Positions 1 through 13,563 of a stretch of DNA of 64,000 nt are shown here, piece by piece. How positions within the stretch are numbered: the first letter of the stretch is position 1; every line of letters starts with the position of its first letter. The stretch comes from Eledone cirrhosa (taxonomy: Eukaryota), in NCBI GenBank assembly GCA_964016885.1, contig OZ024743.1, positions 27,900,001 through 27,964,000 of the forward strand. Reading direction: 5' to 3'. A program made the position numbers and the translations under genes. Below the pieces are notes generated by a model. That model saw only the letters and a list, made by a program, of their open reading frames with translations, did no database searches and was not told the DNA's origin.

Positions 1-39
1 CATTAATAAAAGTAAAGGATCGATTGCGGTTTCGGCTAG

Positions 40-495
40 GAGAGTTATTAACTGAAACCTTTAGGTCTCTGTCCCTCATTATCGCTGCCATGTCCTGCGT
101 CTCCAACAGACCAGTGTCTGTTCTTAGGGCATCAACATACGTTAACCTTGGTCTTCCTCTTTCAGTGTGACCATGCTGGGGCTCCCACAGGAGCACTGAG
201 TGCAATGTCAACTCTGGATGTCGGTGAGCATGTCCAGCTAACCTCAGTCTCCTCTGTGTCACTTTTGAGTTGACTGTTGGGAGGCTCCCATACAGCTCTG
301 AGGTTTCATCCTCAGTGTATACTGATTAATGTTCAGAGCCATCCTCATCATTCTTGTGTAGCACCCATCCACCATCTGAGTGAGTCTCTTGGTCAGTGTC
401 CAAGTCTCAGACCCGTACAGCAGCACAGACTCCACTACAGCAATGAAGAGGTGGATCTTCAGGTCCTCACGAAGGTCCGACTTCCACACCGATCT

Positions 496-496
<1 letters not shown>
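40..496 (-). mobile_element. RTE-clade LINE 3' fragment
   Basis: Translation ESVLLYGSETWTLTK...CYTRMMR, then RRLRLAGH...RGRPRLTYVD, typical of an RTE ORF C-terminus; frameshifted. Confidence 0.85.
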
Positions 497-544
<48 letters not shown>

Positions 545-546
<2 letters not shown>

Positions 547-736
547 TATCCCTGGTTCAGTCGGGGGTAACCACAGTAAGCAAGGTACTCAATACAAAGC
601 AGAGTATAAATATTTAATACAGAAAAGCTTCCACAGGACTAGAACTGTTTCATTAGTGAGAAATCATCAGGTGTCATCAGGGCTTCCTGGTGATTTCTCA
701 CTAATGAAACAGTTCTAGTCCTGTGGAAGCTTTTCT
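545..736 (-). mobile_element. Fold-back mini-element family A (Penelope-like terminus)
   Basis: Palindrome 621-736 plus a unique tail, flanked by (TA)n/(CT)n; homologous to 5047-5243; CTGATGA...GAAAC core. Confidence 0.65.
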
Positions 737-771
737 CTCTCTCTCTACATATATATATATATATATACTAA

Positions 772-964
772 TAATAATGATTTCTATTATAGGCACAAGG
801 CCAGTAATTTGAGGGATGGGAACATCGATGAACATTACTGGTGCTTTATTCTATCGAGGCAAAGTTAACCTCGGCGGGATTTGAACTCAGACTGTAAAGA
901 ATCGTAACTCTATGCAGCAAAGCATGGTGTCCGATTCTCCACCGATACTGCCAATCCACCGCCC
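772..964 (-). mobile_element. tRNA-derived SINE, Deu/Nin-like-core family (core partly deleted)
   Basis: Matches the ~190-bp repeat seen more than 20 times in the window; B-box GAGTTCAAATCC. Confidence 0.85.
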
Positions 965-990
965 TTATATATACTAATAATAATAATAAA

Positions 991-1123
991 TAAAAAGGGC
1001 GAGGTGTTAGATCTTCCTTACATTTATTGAGGTGTGACGCGCGTTTCGGTATTGACCAGCTCAAGGCTCGATCTGTATTGATTTGGCTCGACTCTGGGAT
1101 CGAAAACTCGTCGCACTTCTGTC
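991..1123 (-). mobile_element. Penelope-like terminal remnant with degenerate hammerhead (GAAAC-GCGC-GTC)
   Basis: Homologous, inverted, to 17170-17302; palindromic stem III; adjacent (TA)n. Confidence 0.55.
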
Positions 1124-1358
1124 ATATATATATAAACCTATGGTGTTGGAAATTCTTAACGGAGAATCGAAATCAGATTGCAGTATTATTTCATCGGTAT
1201 CTTACATAACATTCTATGTACAAATTTGCATGTCATCAATGAAATTGACAGATGCTTATATCTATTTCATTTCAGACAAATGATGATTAATTTCCCAGGA
1301 AAAATTATAAGATGCTGGAATCTTGCTTTCTGCGTATAAATTTGTTTTGTATTATTTC

Positions 1359-1547
1359 GCGGTGGATTGGCAGTATCGGTAGAGGGTCGGACGCCATGCT
1401 TTCCAGCATAGTTACGTCCCTTTACGATCTGAGTTCAAATCCCGCCGAGGTTGACTTTGCCTTTCATCCTTACGGGGTCGATAAAATAAAGTACTAGTAA
1501 TGCACTGGGTAATTGCTGGCCTTGTGCCTAAAGTAGAAACAATTATT
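1359..1547 (+). mobile_element. SINE with Deu/Nin-like core, near full length
   Basis: A/B-box-like head, core GCCTTTCATCCTTACGGGGTCGATAAAATAAAGTAC, TSD-like attatttc on both sides. Confidence 0.9.
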
Positions 1548-2089
1548 TCAAGAGATTATTTTCATAGACAACTTTATACGTCTATCATTTATTTGGCATT
1601 TACAGACCACTGATTTCTGACATTATTCTAGGGAGATTATTTCGTAAGAGTTGTAGACATTTTCAAGTATTCTCTTTCCTCTGTTATTTAGAATGTTACG
1701 CTTTGTGTCTATTCAATTTGATCAAAATAAATAAAATGGAAGTCAACACAACAATCCCAGTTACACAGGAAATTAGACCTAACATACAAGCATCTTCCCA
1801 CACCACGTACAACGCTGATCGAAATTCAAGAACACAAAGGTGACCCAATCATGCAGTAAAAGCTAGTAGGAATCTGTTGGAAAGATACAGTAATAACTTA
1901 TTTTTCTACGTTTCTACTTCTGCTTCTAAATTTTGAATGCGTAGCTTAATATATAATTCCTGAATATCAGTGTAGTGGTATATCAATTAGTATATCAATT
2001 AGTGCGTCTATCACTTTTATATTCTATTTTCGTCTTTTTATACTCTAAGCATGGCGTCCGAGCCTCTACCGATACTGCCAATCTACCGC

Positions 2090-2971
2090 CCTGTTGAATG
2101 GATATAATAATAATAGGGAATAAAGATCTCATTTCCAGCGTTATGTTAAAATTAAGAAATATCATTAGAAATGTATAAAGGAATATACACGATGAAAACG
2201 TCTCAAAGAGTGACATGGTGATCAAATCCTAGGATATGCCAACCCACAAAACCAAGATATCAATGCTATTCTGTTGGATACTGTTGTCAAGGTCCACCAA
2301 GAAAGTAATCCCACTAGATTTGTCATCGCCTTTCCTCCTTCTGAGTTCGATAATGTACTAAACAAAAATCATGTTGTCGTCGAATGTTCTCCCCCTTTAA
2401 ACGTGTAACCTTGGTTTGTATCAAAACTTGTTAATCTTTTAGAAGACTTATATTCAATTGCATGATCTGTGTGCCTTGAGTATATTATGTGTTTTGTATC
2501 TGTATTGTGTATTGTATTGACAGTACTTGTCTAAATATCTGTGCAATGTCTGTTATATTCTGTGTTTTACAGATTTGTAAGCTCCGAGGATTGAATAATG
2601 TATATGGCTGCATATTCTTTTATCATTCCACATTTTGAGTTAGCTCTCATTCTGGTTATTTCTATATTCATATCTTTTATATGGGAAAATCTCTCCAATT
2701 CTATAAATAATACATTATCGTCTGTTGGAAATAATACCTTGATTAGGGTGTATTACTTTCTTGGTGGACCTTGACAACAGTATCCAACAGAATAGCATTG
2801 ATATCTTGGTCGTGTGGGTTGGCATATCCTAGGATTTGATCACCATGTCATTCTCTGAGACGTTTTCATTGTGTATATTACTTCATACATTTCTAATGAT
2901 ATTTCTTAATTTTAACATTACGGTGGAAATAAGATCTTTATTCCCTTTTATTATTATATCCATTCAACAGG
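2090..2971. repeat. ~220-bp inverted repeat pair (2090-2309 / 2752-2971)
   Basis: The arms are reverse complements with few mismatches; their ORF-track translations are near-identical. Confidence 0.9.
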
Positions 2972-3162
2972 TTATATATAATGCCAATGACTGTAAGTTT
3001 GAGTCTAACTTACATGCAAAAACATATATATATATAGGAATTAGGTAAGCCCAAATCATATTAGATTCAAATATCACAGAGAGAAAGAGAGAAAGGGAGG
3101 GGGGGGGCAGAAATGAAACATGAATTGAGAAACAAACGAGGATGTAGATTATGGAACACCAA

Positions 3163-3620
3163 AATGATTTAGAAGTCGTCCTTAAGTAGAAGCAATAACA
3201 TTAAGAAAGACATGAACGACACCACAACATTTTGAAAATTTTGAAAGTAGGTTTATAAGTATGAGATTTTCGCAGTTGTCTCTGTGGCCTAGCGGTAGGT
3301 GCTTAGAGACGGTGGAGATGCTGGCCTTGGGTTCAATCTTAGTCAAGAGATACATGTAGCTTTTTTTCAGTTTTTATTTTACAACCCATCGAAAAAACTG
3401 AAAAGGTTTATTGCGAACACTGCTCCCGAGCAGGATCAAACTTCAGACCCGGATCACCACCGTCTATGATTCCACTAACTAGGCCATCGAGACGGCTACA
3501 AGAGTATAATGAAAATTGATAGTTATAAAGCTACTTTCAAAATCAAAGTTTAAAAGATGTGGTGTCGTTCATGGCTTGCCTAGAGCTATTAGCAATATTT
3601 AGGTTCGACTTCTGGTCATT
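3163..3620. mobile_element. Diverged palindromic (MITE-like) element with a tRNA-like module in each arm
   Basis: catgaacgacaccaca / tgtggtgtcgttcatg and other inverted blocks; A/B-box-like motifs on both strands. Confidence 0.65.
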
Positions 3621-3787
3621 ATTGAAAATCTCTGGATTTCGCAAAATACATAAGATTTGTTATTATATGTATTTTTTTTAAATGCTATTTATTCATTATA
3701 AAAATTAAATGACAGCATTCTATATGTAGGTGGGCCCCCTTCATCTCCTGGAAACCAATATTTTAAAACCCAGTCCGCCACTATATA

Positions 3788-3866
<79 letters not shown>

Positions 3867-4092
3867 GATAACAAGTTATCGTTATAGGTAATCCAGTTAA
3901 AGGTTATGAGTACTCTGCGTACTCTGATGTGTTGACCAGAGGTAAATAATGTATTGGAGATCGAGTGACGCAACTTCAAGCGATTAGTGATCTCTAGACT
4001 CACCTGATCAACGAAACAATTGTCAATACTTGAAATAAAGCCCCTTATTGTACAGCCAACCATGTTACTCTTCATTATTTCACTATATATAA

Positions 4093-4286
4093 GGGCGGTG
4101 GATTGGCAGTATTGGTTCAGAGTCGGACGCCATGCTTTGACGCATAGAGTTACGGCCCTTGCTATTCTGAGTTCAAATCCCGCCGGGGTTAACTTTGCCT
4201 TTCATCCTTACGGGGTCAATAAAATAAAGTACCAGTAATACACTGGGTAATTTGCTGGCCTTGTGCCTAAAGTAGAAACAATTATT
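4093..4286 (+). mobile_element. SINE with Deu/Nin-like core, full length
   Basis: Consensus match; TSD attatttcactatatata. Confidence 0.9.
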
Positions 4287-4810
4287 TCACTATATATATA
4301 TATATATTAGTAGAACACTGGAGAGTTATATCCATCGTAGTAGAGCCCTCAGTCTATGGGATGAGTTCGGTAGGAATAGTTCCACAGCAGTTAGTTCACC
4401 ATACCGAGTACAAAATCATGTTTTCTATTGCGAAAAACACACAGAGAAACAAACAAACATATAATTGGGTTTTGGTGAAATAAATTATCATATTATTAAG
4501 AACGACACTGGTTAATATTTGATGCGTGCTATTTTGTTTATATGAATTTTGTGTGATAAGTTGGACGTTGTTAAACAATTGTATCAGTAATGTACATTTG
4601 TTGAATACAATCTACTATAATCTTCTTTATAAAATTGTATCATATTTTCAATGAAAATAAATCAATATTCAGCTTAATTTATTTTTCCCCAGATAAAAGA
4701 CTGGTTTTAAATTATTTATTAATTAATTATTTTTAGCACCAATATATTTTCTTTATTGACATAGTCCGTAATTAGTAAACAATAGTTCATAATTAAACCT
4801 ATTTTTCGCA

Positions 4811-5243
<433 letters not shown>

Positions 5244-5268
5244 TATATATATATATATATATATATAT

Positions 5269-5617
5269 AAGGAAAAAAGATGAAATCGAAAATGCATCTG
5301 GAGTCTTGCTTTTTTAAATATATATTTATTTGGTTCCTTTACCGGTTACGCAGTTCTTCTGCTTTTCAAAAGTAGAATTGAGATGGAGGGTTTGTGGTTT
5401 TTCTCACATCTCACATGTGAAAAAACCACAAACCCTGCATCTAAACTCTACTTTTGAAAAGCAGAATAACTGCGAAACCGGTAAAGGAACCAAATGAATA
5501 TATATTTTAAAAGAAAAAAAAAAAGACTCGTTGCATTTTCGATTTCATCTTTTTTCCATATACTTTCACTCGTGCAGGACACCTCGTTTTTTTTTTCATT
5601 TTGTAAAAAAACATCAC

Positions 5618-5622
<5 letters not shown>
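5269..5622 (+). mobile_element. Fold-back mini-element family B (Penelope-like terminus)
   Basis: Palindrome ~5271-5557 plus tail, (TA)n flanks; homologous to 8901-9130. Confidence 0.7.
5451..5486 (+). ncRNA. Minimal type-I hammerhead ribozyme candidate (U3-A8 variant)
   Basis: ctt-TTGAAAA-GCAG aataa CTGC-GAAAC CG GT-A-aag: stem I (3 bp), stem II (4 bp), palindromic stem III ACCGGT, GUA cleavage triplet. Confidence 0.6.
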
Positions 5623-5652
<30 letters not shown>

Positions 5653-5658
<6 letters not shown>

Positions 5659-5846
5659 AGAAAGTATGACCCTGACGGCAGAGCTCAAGCCGTTTCGACG
5701 GCTATTTCTGGACTAAATTGCCGTCGAAACGGCTTGAGCTCTGCCGTCGGGGTCATACTTTCTCCTATTACCCACTCTACTACCCTAAGTATTGAGTACT
5801 CTGGTGCGTTATGATCCATCTGGTTCCTTACCACAACTCCTTCGTT
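5653..5846 (+). mobile_element. Fold-back mini-element family C
   Basis: Palindrome 5654-5768 plus tail, (TA)n flanks; homologous to 28604-28799 and, diverged, 16115-16300. Confidence 0.7.
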
Positions 5847-6149
5847 ATATATATGAATATAAAATTCGTTGTAATCAGTCAGCAATTTCTGTATAAGGAA
5901 GAAACGATACGTCAACTAGATCGAATAATAAATTAATTCATAGTATTTGTTTATTAATTTAACATTTAAAATATATTTCTTTGATAAGCTGTCAAGTAAT
6001 GTTACTATTTCTAAAACTACTCTTCCATTACATAATCCATTTAACATTTTTCTTCTTTAAAATAAAAAAGATGTAGTTATTTTCATCGCTGCAATAACAT
6101 TCTTCATATTTTGGTTCACAAAAATGAATACTAACTTTGAATGATAAAT

Positions 6150-6874
6150 TAATAGATGTTATCGCATGCCATCTCAATGTTGCTATTTATATGAGTGGCC
6201 CAGCTTATGTTGTTGTCCACGATTACTCCCAAGTCTCTCATATTGTTGGATTCCCCGAGAGATTCATCTGAAGAAAGGGGGTGTGGGAGTTTCAGGGCAT
6301 CCTCTTTTCCAAAGTAAATTAACTTAAATTTACCCTGGTTCAGCAGCATATTGTTCTTTTCCCCCCATTGGAGCCAGTAGATCGGATTGGAGGCATATCC
6401 GGTCACCCATGCCGTTGATGACCTTCTGGAGCTTGGAATCATCTGCGAAGATTTTAATGCTGTTGGGCTTGATGTTGTCACTAATGTCATTAATATAGAT
6501 AATTGTTTCTACTTTAGGCACAAGGCCAGCAATTACCCAGTTCATTACTGGTCATTAATATAGATAATGAAAAGAAGTAGGGCCAATTCAATGCCTTGTT
6601 GGACACCAGTACTGACTTTGGCTAGGCTGGACTTTACTCCCTCGACTACATGTTGGGCTCTGTTTGAAAGGAAACACTTGATCCACTGCAGCAATTTTCC
6701 CGTGACACCAATGTTGGATAGTTTTCTCAGTACAATGTTTTGATCAACCCTGTCAAAGGCCTTGCTGGAATCAAGGTAGATAACATCAGTGTTGGGGCCC
6801 TCTCGCAAAGCTCTCAAAATGTCATCAAAGTGATGCAGTAGCTGCATTAGGCAATCCCTTCCATTACGGAACGC
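6150..6874 (-). mobile_element. CR1/L2-like LINE reverse transcriptase fragment, interrupted by a SINE piece (6501-6550)
   Basis: YLDSSKAFDRV, GVQQG..L..LLFIIYIND, IFADD, MRDLGVIVD; TSD gtcattaatatagat at 6486 and 6551. Confidence 0.9.
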
Positions 6875-6918
6875 ATATATATATATATGTATATATACAT
6901 ATGTGTGTATGTATGTAC

Positions 6919-6979
<61 letters not shown>

Positions 6980-7200
6980 TTCATATATGTATATATACAT
7001 AAATGTTTATATATATATATATTTACATATATATGAAGTATTAAGTATATCCGTCGGAAAGGTACAGGAAAAAAGAGTGCTCTATGTAGGCTACAGAGCT
7101 TATTAGTTATGTAATAAACAACATAAGATATAGAATTTAGGAAATATTTCCTAAATTTTATTTTCAAATCCATATTTAATAAGAACGCCATGTTTATTAT

Positions 7201-7260
7201 TCTTTCTGACGACTGAAGACAAATACAACATCTGTCTTCAAGAAACCACTGGTAAATGAA
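7201..7260 (+). ncRNA. Hammerhead ribozyme-like motif
   Basis: CTGACGA-c tgaagaca...tgtcttca a-GAAAC CA C TG GT-A: 8-bp stem II, near-palindromic stem III, imperfect stem I; followed by (TA)n. Confidence 0.55.
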
Positions 7261-7278
7261 ATAATTATCTTGTGTTGT

Positions 7279-7622
<344 letters not shown>

Positions 7623-7960
7623 CCGAAACGAAATTCGTGAGATGATCTCAAAATAAGATGAGAGTTATTATGAACTGGAAGTTGACCTTTAGGACACATG
7701 ACCTTCTGGAAAACGAGGGAAGAGAGAGAACGAGAGAGGGATTAAGATAGAAGTGGAAGGAGAAGGGCAAGAGAAAATAGAGAAAACTATGAAATAACAT
7801 ACTCCACATTCTGTAGTCGTTGCCGTGTTGAAATTAAGCCGAATTATGCGTGGAGAAGGAAACATTTTCTAAAACCTTGAGATTGGTAAGAAAAATATTT
7901 ATATATATTTTATGAGAGAGAGAGAGAGAGGGTGAGTTGAATACTTATATGTAAGTTAGT

Positions 7961-8017
<57 letters not shown>

Positions 8018-8177
8018 TGTGTGTAATGTTGTCAGAATGTGTGTGTGTTTATTAATTTTAGTGTATGGTTTGTGATGTATTTGTAGTGATTTTTTTTTCT
8101 TAATGCGCGTATAGCCGTGTGATGGCAATACACGTTTTTGTGTATGCGTGTATATTTGTGCAGTGTGTGTGTCTGAG

Positions 8178-8302
<125 letters not shown>

Positions 8303-8900
8303 GCTATTCGTATATAGTAGCAAAAGAGTGTTCGAAAAGATGAATTGTTCTCTATGCAGATATAATTTCGGGGTTCCATTTTGAAGAACGAAGCTGAATG
8401 CGAGTAGATATGGGTTGGTGTAGTCCACAGTTCAAAAATAGTAAGAGATACATAATTATTTTTCCGTGCCGGGTATTGCAGGGTTACTCGGTGAATCGTT
8501 CGGCAAAACGCCCACCAGTTTATCTTAAGAGGCTTATCTTAGAAGTTAGAGGTGCAATTATATTGAAAGGATGAGTGGGAATATTGAGAAGATAGAAGAA
8601 TAAGTTGAGCTGTTCACATGAGAGAATGTACCGCCGGTATCTTCGTTTATATAACGACTGAATATCTCAAAGATGAGGTCAGTAAACAGACAAATTCGCG
8701 TTTTTGTGCTCTTTCTAATTACCATAACAACCCTAATCACCTGCTGATAACGCTTTCTTACAAAATAGAAGCTTATGGGAGAACCGACGAGTTCATGCAG
8801 GCGAAGAAAGGTGATTGTATTGTGTAGAAGAGTGATGTGATAGTTGAAAATGCATTGAGAAGCTAGGAAGCCTTTAATGTTAATGGGAAGTTACCAAACA

Positions 8901-9130
8901 TAAGATGGAAGGTATGCCGTTTGTCTCGCAGATGCGAGACAAACCACATACCCTCCATCTTAATTCTACTTTTGAAAAGCATAAGAATTTTGAAACCGGT
9001 AAAGGAAATAAATAAATATTCTTTAAAAGACTCCAGTGGCATTTTCGATTTCTTTTCCTTATACTTTCAACCGTGTAGGGCATCTCGTTTTTTTCTATTT
9101 AAAAAAAAAACAACTCGTTTTCTTAGCGTC
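8901..9130 (+). mobile_element. Fold-back mini-element family B, copy 2
   Basis: Short palindrome 8902-8960, then a body homologous to 5420-5600 including TTGAAAA...GAAACCGGTA (stem II decayed). Confidence 0.65.
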
Positions 9131-9231
9131 CGAAACATTAAGACCCTCTTCCTGCTATATCAACCGTTAACCTAATATATCCCTTCCATATACTGTACCG
9201 ATTGTGTTGTTATTTCTGTTTACCTTTTACA

Positions 9232-9424
<193 letters not shown>

Positions 9425-9684
9425 TTCTGTGGTGTGTGTGTCTATACATAAAACACATGCATGAAGGATATATAGACACAATGGACAGTAATTACTGTGA
9501 TGAATATAAACATGTTATTGGCTAATACCTAGCATATTCAAGACACATATATAATGTTGCTGTTATTGTTATTGTTGCTGCCGCTGCTGTTGTTGTTTAG
9601 GCCAAGACGGGCACTGAACAAGCTAATCCACGATTAAGAGCAATTTAGTCGTAGTCGTCCCATAATACCCATACAAACTGTGTT

Positions 9685-9872
9685 GGTGGACTGGCAGAAT
9701 TGGTAGCGCGTCGGACACCCTACTTCGCAGGATAGAGTTACATCCCTTTATGTTCTGAGTTCAAATCCCGCCGAGGTTAACTTTGCCTTTCCTCCTTACG
9801 GAGTCGATAAAATATAGTACCTGTAATGTACTGGGGTGATTGTTGGCCTTGTGCCAAAAGTAGAAACAGTTA
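9685..9872 (+). mobile_element. SINE with Deu/Nin-like core
   Basis: Consensus match. Confidence 0.85.
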
Positions 9873-12800
9873 TATTATCCAAAATATTTCACCGTATTTT
9901 TATAACATCATGATGTTATTCGAGGGAGATTTAGTTGCTAATTCTATCAGGTTATAAGACGCTGGCGACAATTTATTCAGCAAGAAACTAATGACTCCAT
10001 TTGTATTGAATATTTGCTTGTAAGCATATTATTAGTGGACAATCGTAATCTGTTTGTAAGATTCCTCTGCTGAACCTACTAATTATATACTTTGGTAACA
10101 TGTCAACACAACTTGTCATGACATTTAAATAAGATATGTTTGGCTTGAACTTCACGTACAAGATAGATGAATATTAACATATCTTTATTAGTGTTGATAC
10201 AATGATGCTAGTCGAGGTTCTTAATCTTGCAGAATGATTTATATAGATTAAGAATTCCACCTTGTTTGCATACTAAGAACTGTATTATTGCATTGACAAA
10301 TTGGATGTTTTCCTAATGAGGTATCTATATGCCATTTCTCCTGAATCCCGGCTTATACCTCTAAATGAATTCTTATTAACTCCGGAACAACATGTGTGTG
10401 CTTATAGATAGGTATTTGTGTATGTATATGAATGCATGCATGTGCTTTCGATGCTTTAATTTTTTTTTTATCATGCATTGCATTGTGATACTTGTAGCTG
10501 CTTTACCGTTGTGACAAATTTTAATATACGTAATAATGATTTCCGATTTAGGCACAAGGGCAGCAATTTGGGGAGAGAGGAAAGTCGATTAAATCGACTC
10601 CAATGCATTACTGGTGCTTTTAGAAATTGATACTTTATTTTATCGACTTCGGAAGGATGAAAAGCAACGTTGATCTCAGTGGGAGCGAAAACACTGAGCA
10701 CATTTAATATGAGAAAATGCTGGCTGACCACCCGAAAAAATATCAAATAACAATTATATAAAACAACAAATCATATACTAAAAATGTCGAAAATGTTTAA
10801 GAATCGCTACATAACTAATACCTAATAAATTAATTATTCATTACTTCATATAATTCATATAATACAATTGTTTTTATTGATCACTATCGGAGCACAATCC
10901 ATATTAAGATACATTTCTGGACCCCTCTACCACCCCCAGCCCCACCCCACCGCATATTGTGACAAACAATCCAAATAACCACATCATTTAGCCCAGAGTT
11001 ATATATACTTTGAATCTCATGCATAAAACAAATGGAATGTTTAAAACTCAGTATCACTAAAACATGACCAGTGCTCGACTAAAATGATGACAGTCTGAAT
11101 AAAAATAAAAACTGGACGAACTTCTCGAGTCTTGCAAATAAAACAGAAATTGGATAAATGGATACGAGAGAAATATATTTCTATTTTCCATGTATATTTT
11201 ACAAAAAACATTTTATCCCACTCGTATTCCCTTCCTCCAAATAAACAATGATATTATATTTGCATAAATATTGGAGGAAATATAGCCTGGATCCAACCGT
11301 AAACGACTATCTAGCTTATAATATTATATTCTCAAGTGTCAGAAATTATATAGGACAACGAATAAATAAGTGATGTATAAAGGATCAACAAAAATCTGGG
11401 AACGTAAGCCCGAGAGATAAGAGATAAGATAAACTTACCACAAACAAATCAAACACGTAAATAATAAAATACAACAATAAAAACAAAGAAATATAGGGAT
11501 GATTTTAAAATACGAAATTCTAAAGATGACAATCTAATGAGCGAAATAACTAAATAATTATGAACCAATGAAAGTAATTCTCCAGAAAAAGATTCAACCA
11601 TAAAATAGAGCCTGCAATAGAAACGCAAGCTTGACCATCACAAGAATAAGGTAGACAGTCACGAACATCCATACTACCAAGTTAAGCGAAACAATAATTG
11701 CCGCAACTACTGACGTTGGAAAGAAAAGTTGATACATCCTCATATCTATGCATATAGTAATATCAGAAATTATCAATACAACATGCAACACAAACACAAT
11801 TCAATTCTAACCCGAAGTGACTAATGCAGTATCAACAGCAAGTTACAAAATAATCGTGGGAAGCTATATCAACTCAAGGCGTAGTCTTAACACTTCAAAG
11901 AGCAAGTGAATTGAGAACATGGTAAGATCATAAATTTCTGGTTAAAATATTTAAAGGTGAAACATAAGGTACTACAAGAGATGTTTAATAAAATACCGAC
12001 AGTACCAGGGACTAAATTTGACTGGTACATTAATACTATATTAATCTTCAAGACTAAAGAAATAAAGACCTTAAAACCTACTGTCTCATAACCTACAAAA
12101 CTTTAAGTTTTAATATTGAAAAGAATACACATCTAGTGACAACCAAATTGTTTTCAGATGAGCACATGCAATACAAAGGTTCATATGTTTGTGAAGATCA
12201 ATTATTGATGAACAAAAAGACAATCAAAAATCGTAAACAAATCTATTTCAAATAACAACACTACAGATATCTAAAATCGGAAAATGAAGGGAAAGGCGAG
12301 GATTCTAGGGTCACAGAAGAATAGGAGGAGGAAGAGGTGACTGATGAGTTCTAGAAGAGGGTGCCTCAGTGTTAATGGAGAAAAGGGGTCTAAACGCGAC
12401 ATTGACTGATTAACAGAAGACTTTTATTAGATACTGTTGCGTATACATGGATCCTGAACACATTATCCAAGAATAAAGTGCCACTCACTAATAATTGTTT
12501 CTACTTTTGGCATAAGGCTAGCAATTATCCCAGTGTATTACTGGGATAATTTGCATGAAAGGCAAAGTTAACCTCGGCGGGAATAACCAGATATGTTGAA
12601 CAGATCATGAATAAATAGTAAACAATTCTGCAGATAGAAATAAATGAGGCAATTATAAAAACCAAAAAACAACCCCTATCTCCATTAAAAGCAGATAAAG
12701 GACACATCTCTCCTTTTTTTCTGTCTGACGCTAACAACTTTTGCTAACATGTTCAACCAGACTATCCTCTGATACAAATTCTATTGTTCGTGTGAGTTTG

Positions 12801-13430
12801 TTGGGTTTTTATTTGTTGTCGTTGTTGTTCAGCCTAAATTGAGCAGCTAGCTAATGAAAACAGTTCATTCTTAACCATTTCGTCTTTTGGACTACATTGT
12901 TCAATATGTCCTTCATGTTTTATTTTATATTTGATTCATGTAGAAAAGACACATTTTAGGAATTAAGATTACTGATTCAATTATAACTACTATTACACAT
13001 GTTTTCTTCCTCTACATTCGCCAAGGCTGTGTACTAAGTTCTGAGTAATTGTTAAATGTTGAAATGCACTTTAAACCATAACAATGCCTCCAGGAATAAC
13101 AAGGTAGCTTATTTACCGAGAGCAAACAATATCACATCATTTTACAATACATGTTCAACCATTAAATAGTAAACACATTTCTCTGGAATTTGAAATGTAG
13201 AGTTTTTAAACAAATTCCAGTGATTATTTGCGCACAATTTGTCGTAATGGAATATTAATTCTTCTAGCCTATCATTTTGCAGCAATTACCCAGATAAGTA
13301 ATACTCACCATCTTCTATCAAAGTCACTATTGGGAAATTTTTTTAAACAAGTATGTATTGAATACATGATCTTAGACATTCTGTCTGTCAGTCTGTCTGT
13401 CTGTCTCTTTCTCTCTCGCTCTCTCTCTCT

Positions 13431-13511
<81 letters not shown>

Positions 13512-13563
13512 AAATTATATTTGCACAACCAACTCCCAGACTATTCTGTTAATGGGTCCTCAA

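Noticed and set aside
3275-3350. Functional tRNA gene
   Set aside because: A/B-box-like motifs are present but there is no clean cloverleaf; it is part of a palindromic repeat.
10800-12350. A-rich strand-biased stretch as a decayed retroelement ORF
   Set aside because: Plausible, but I could not read any diagnostic motif.
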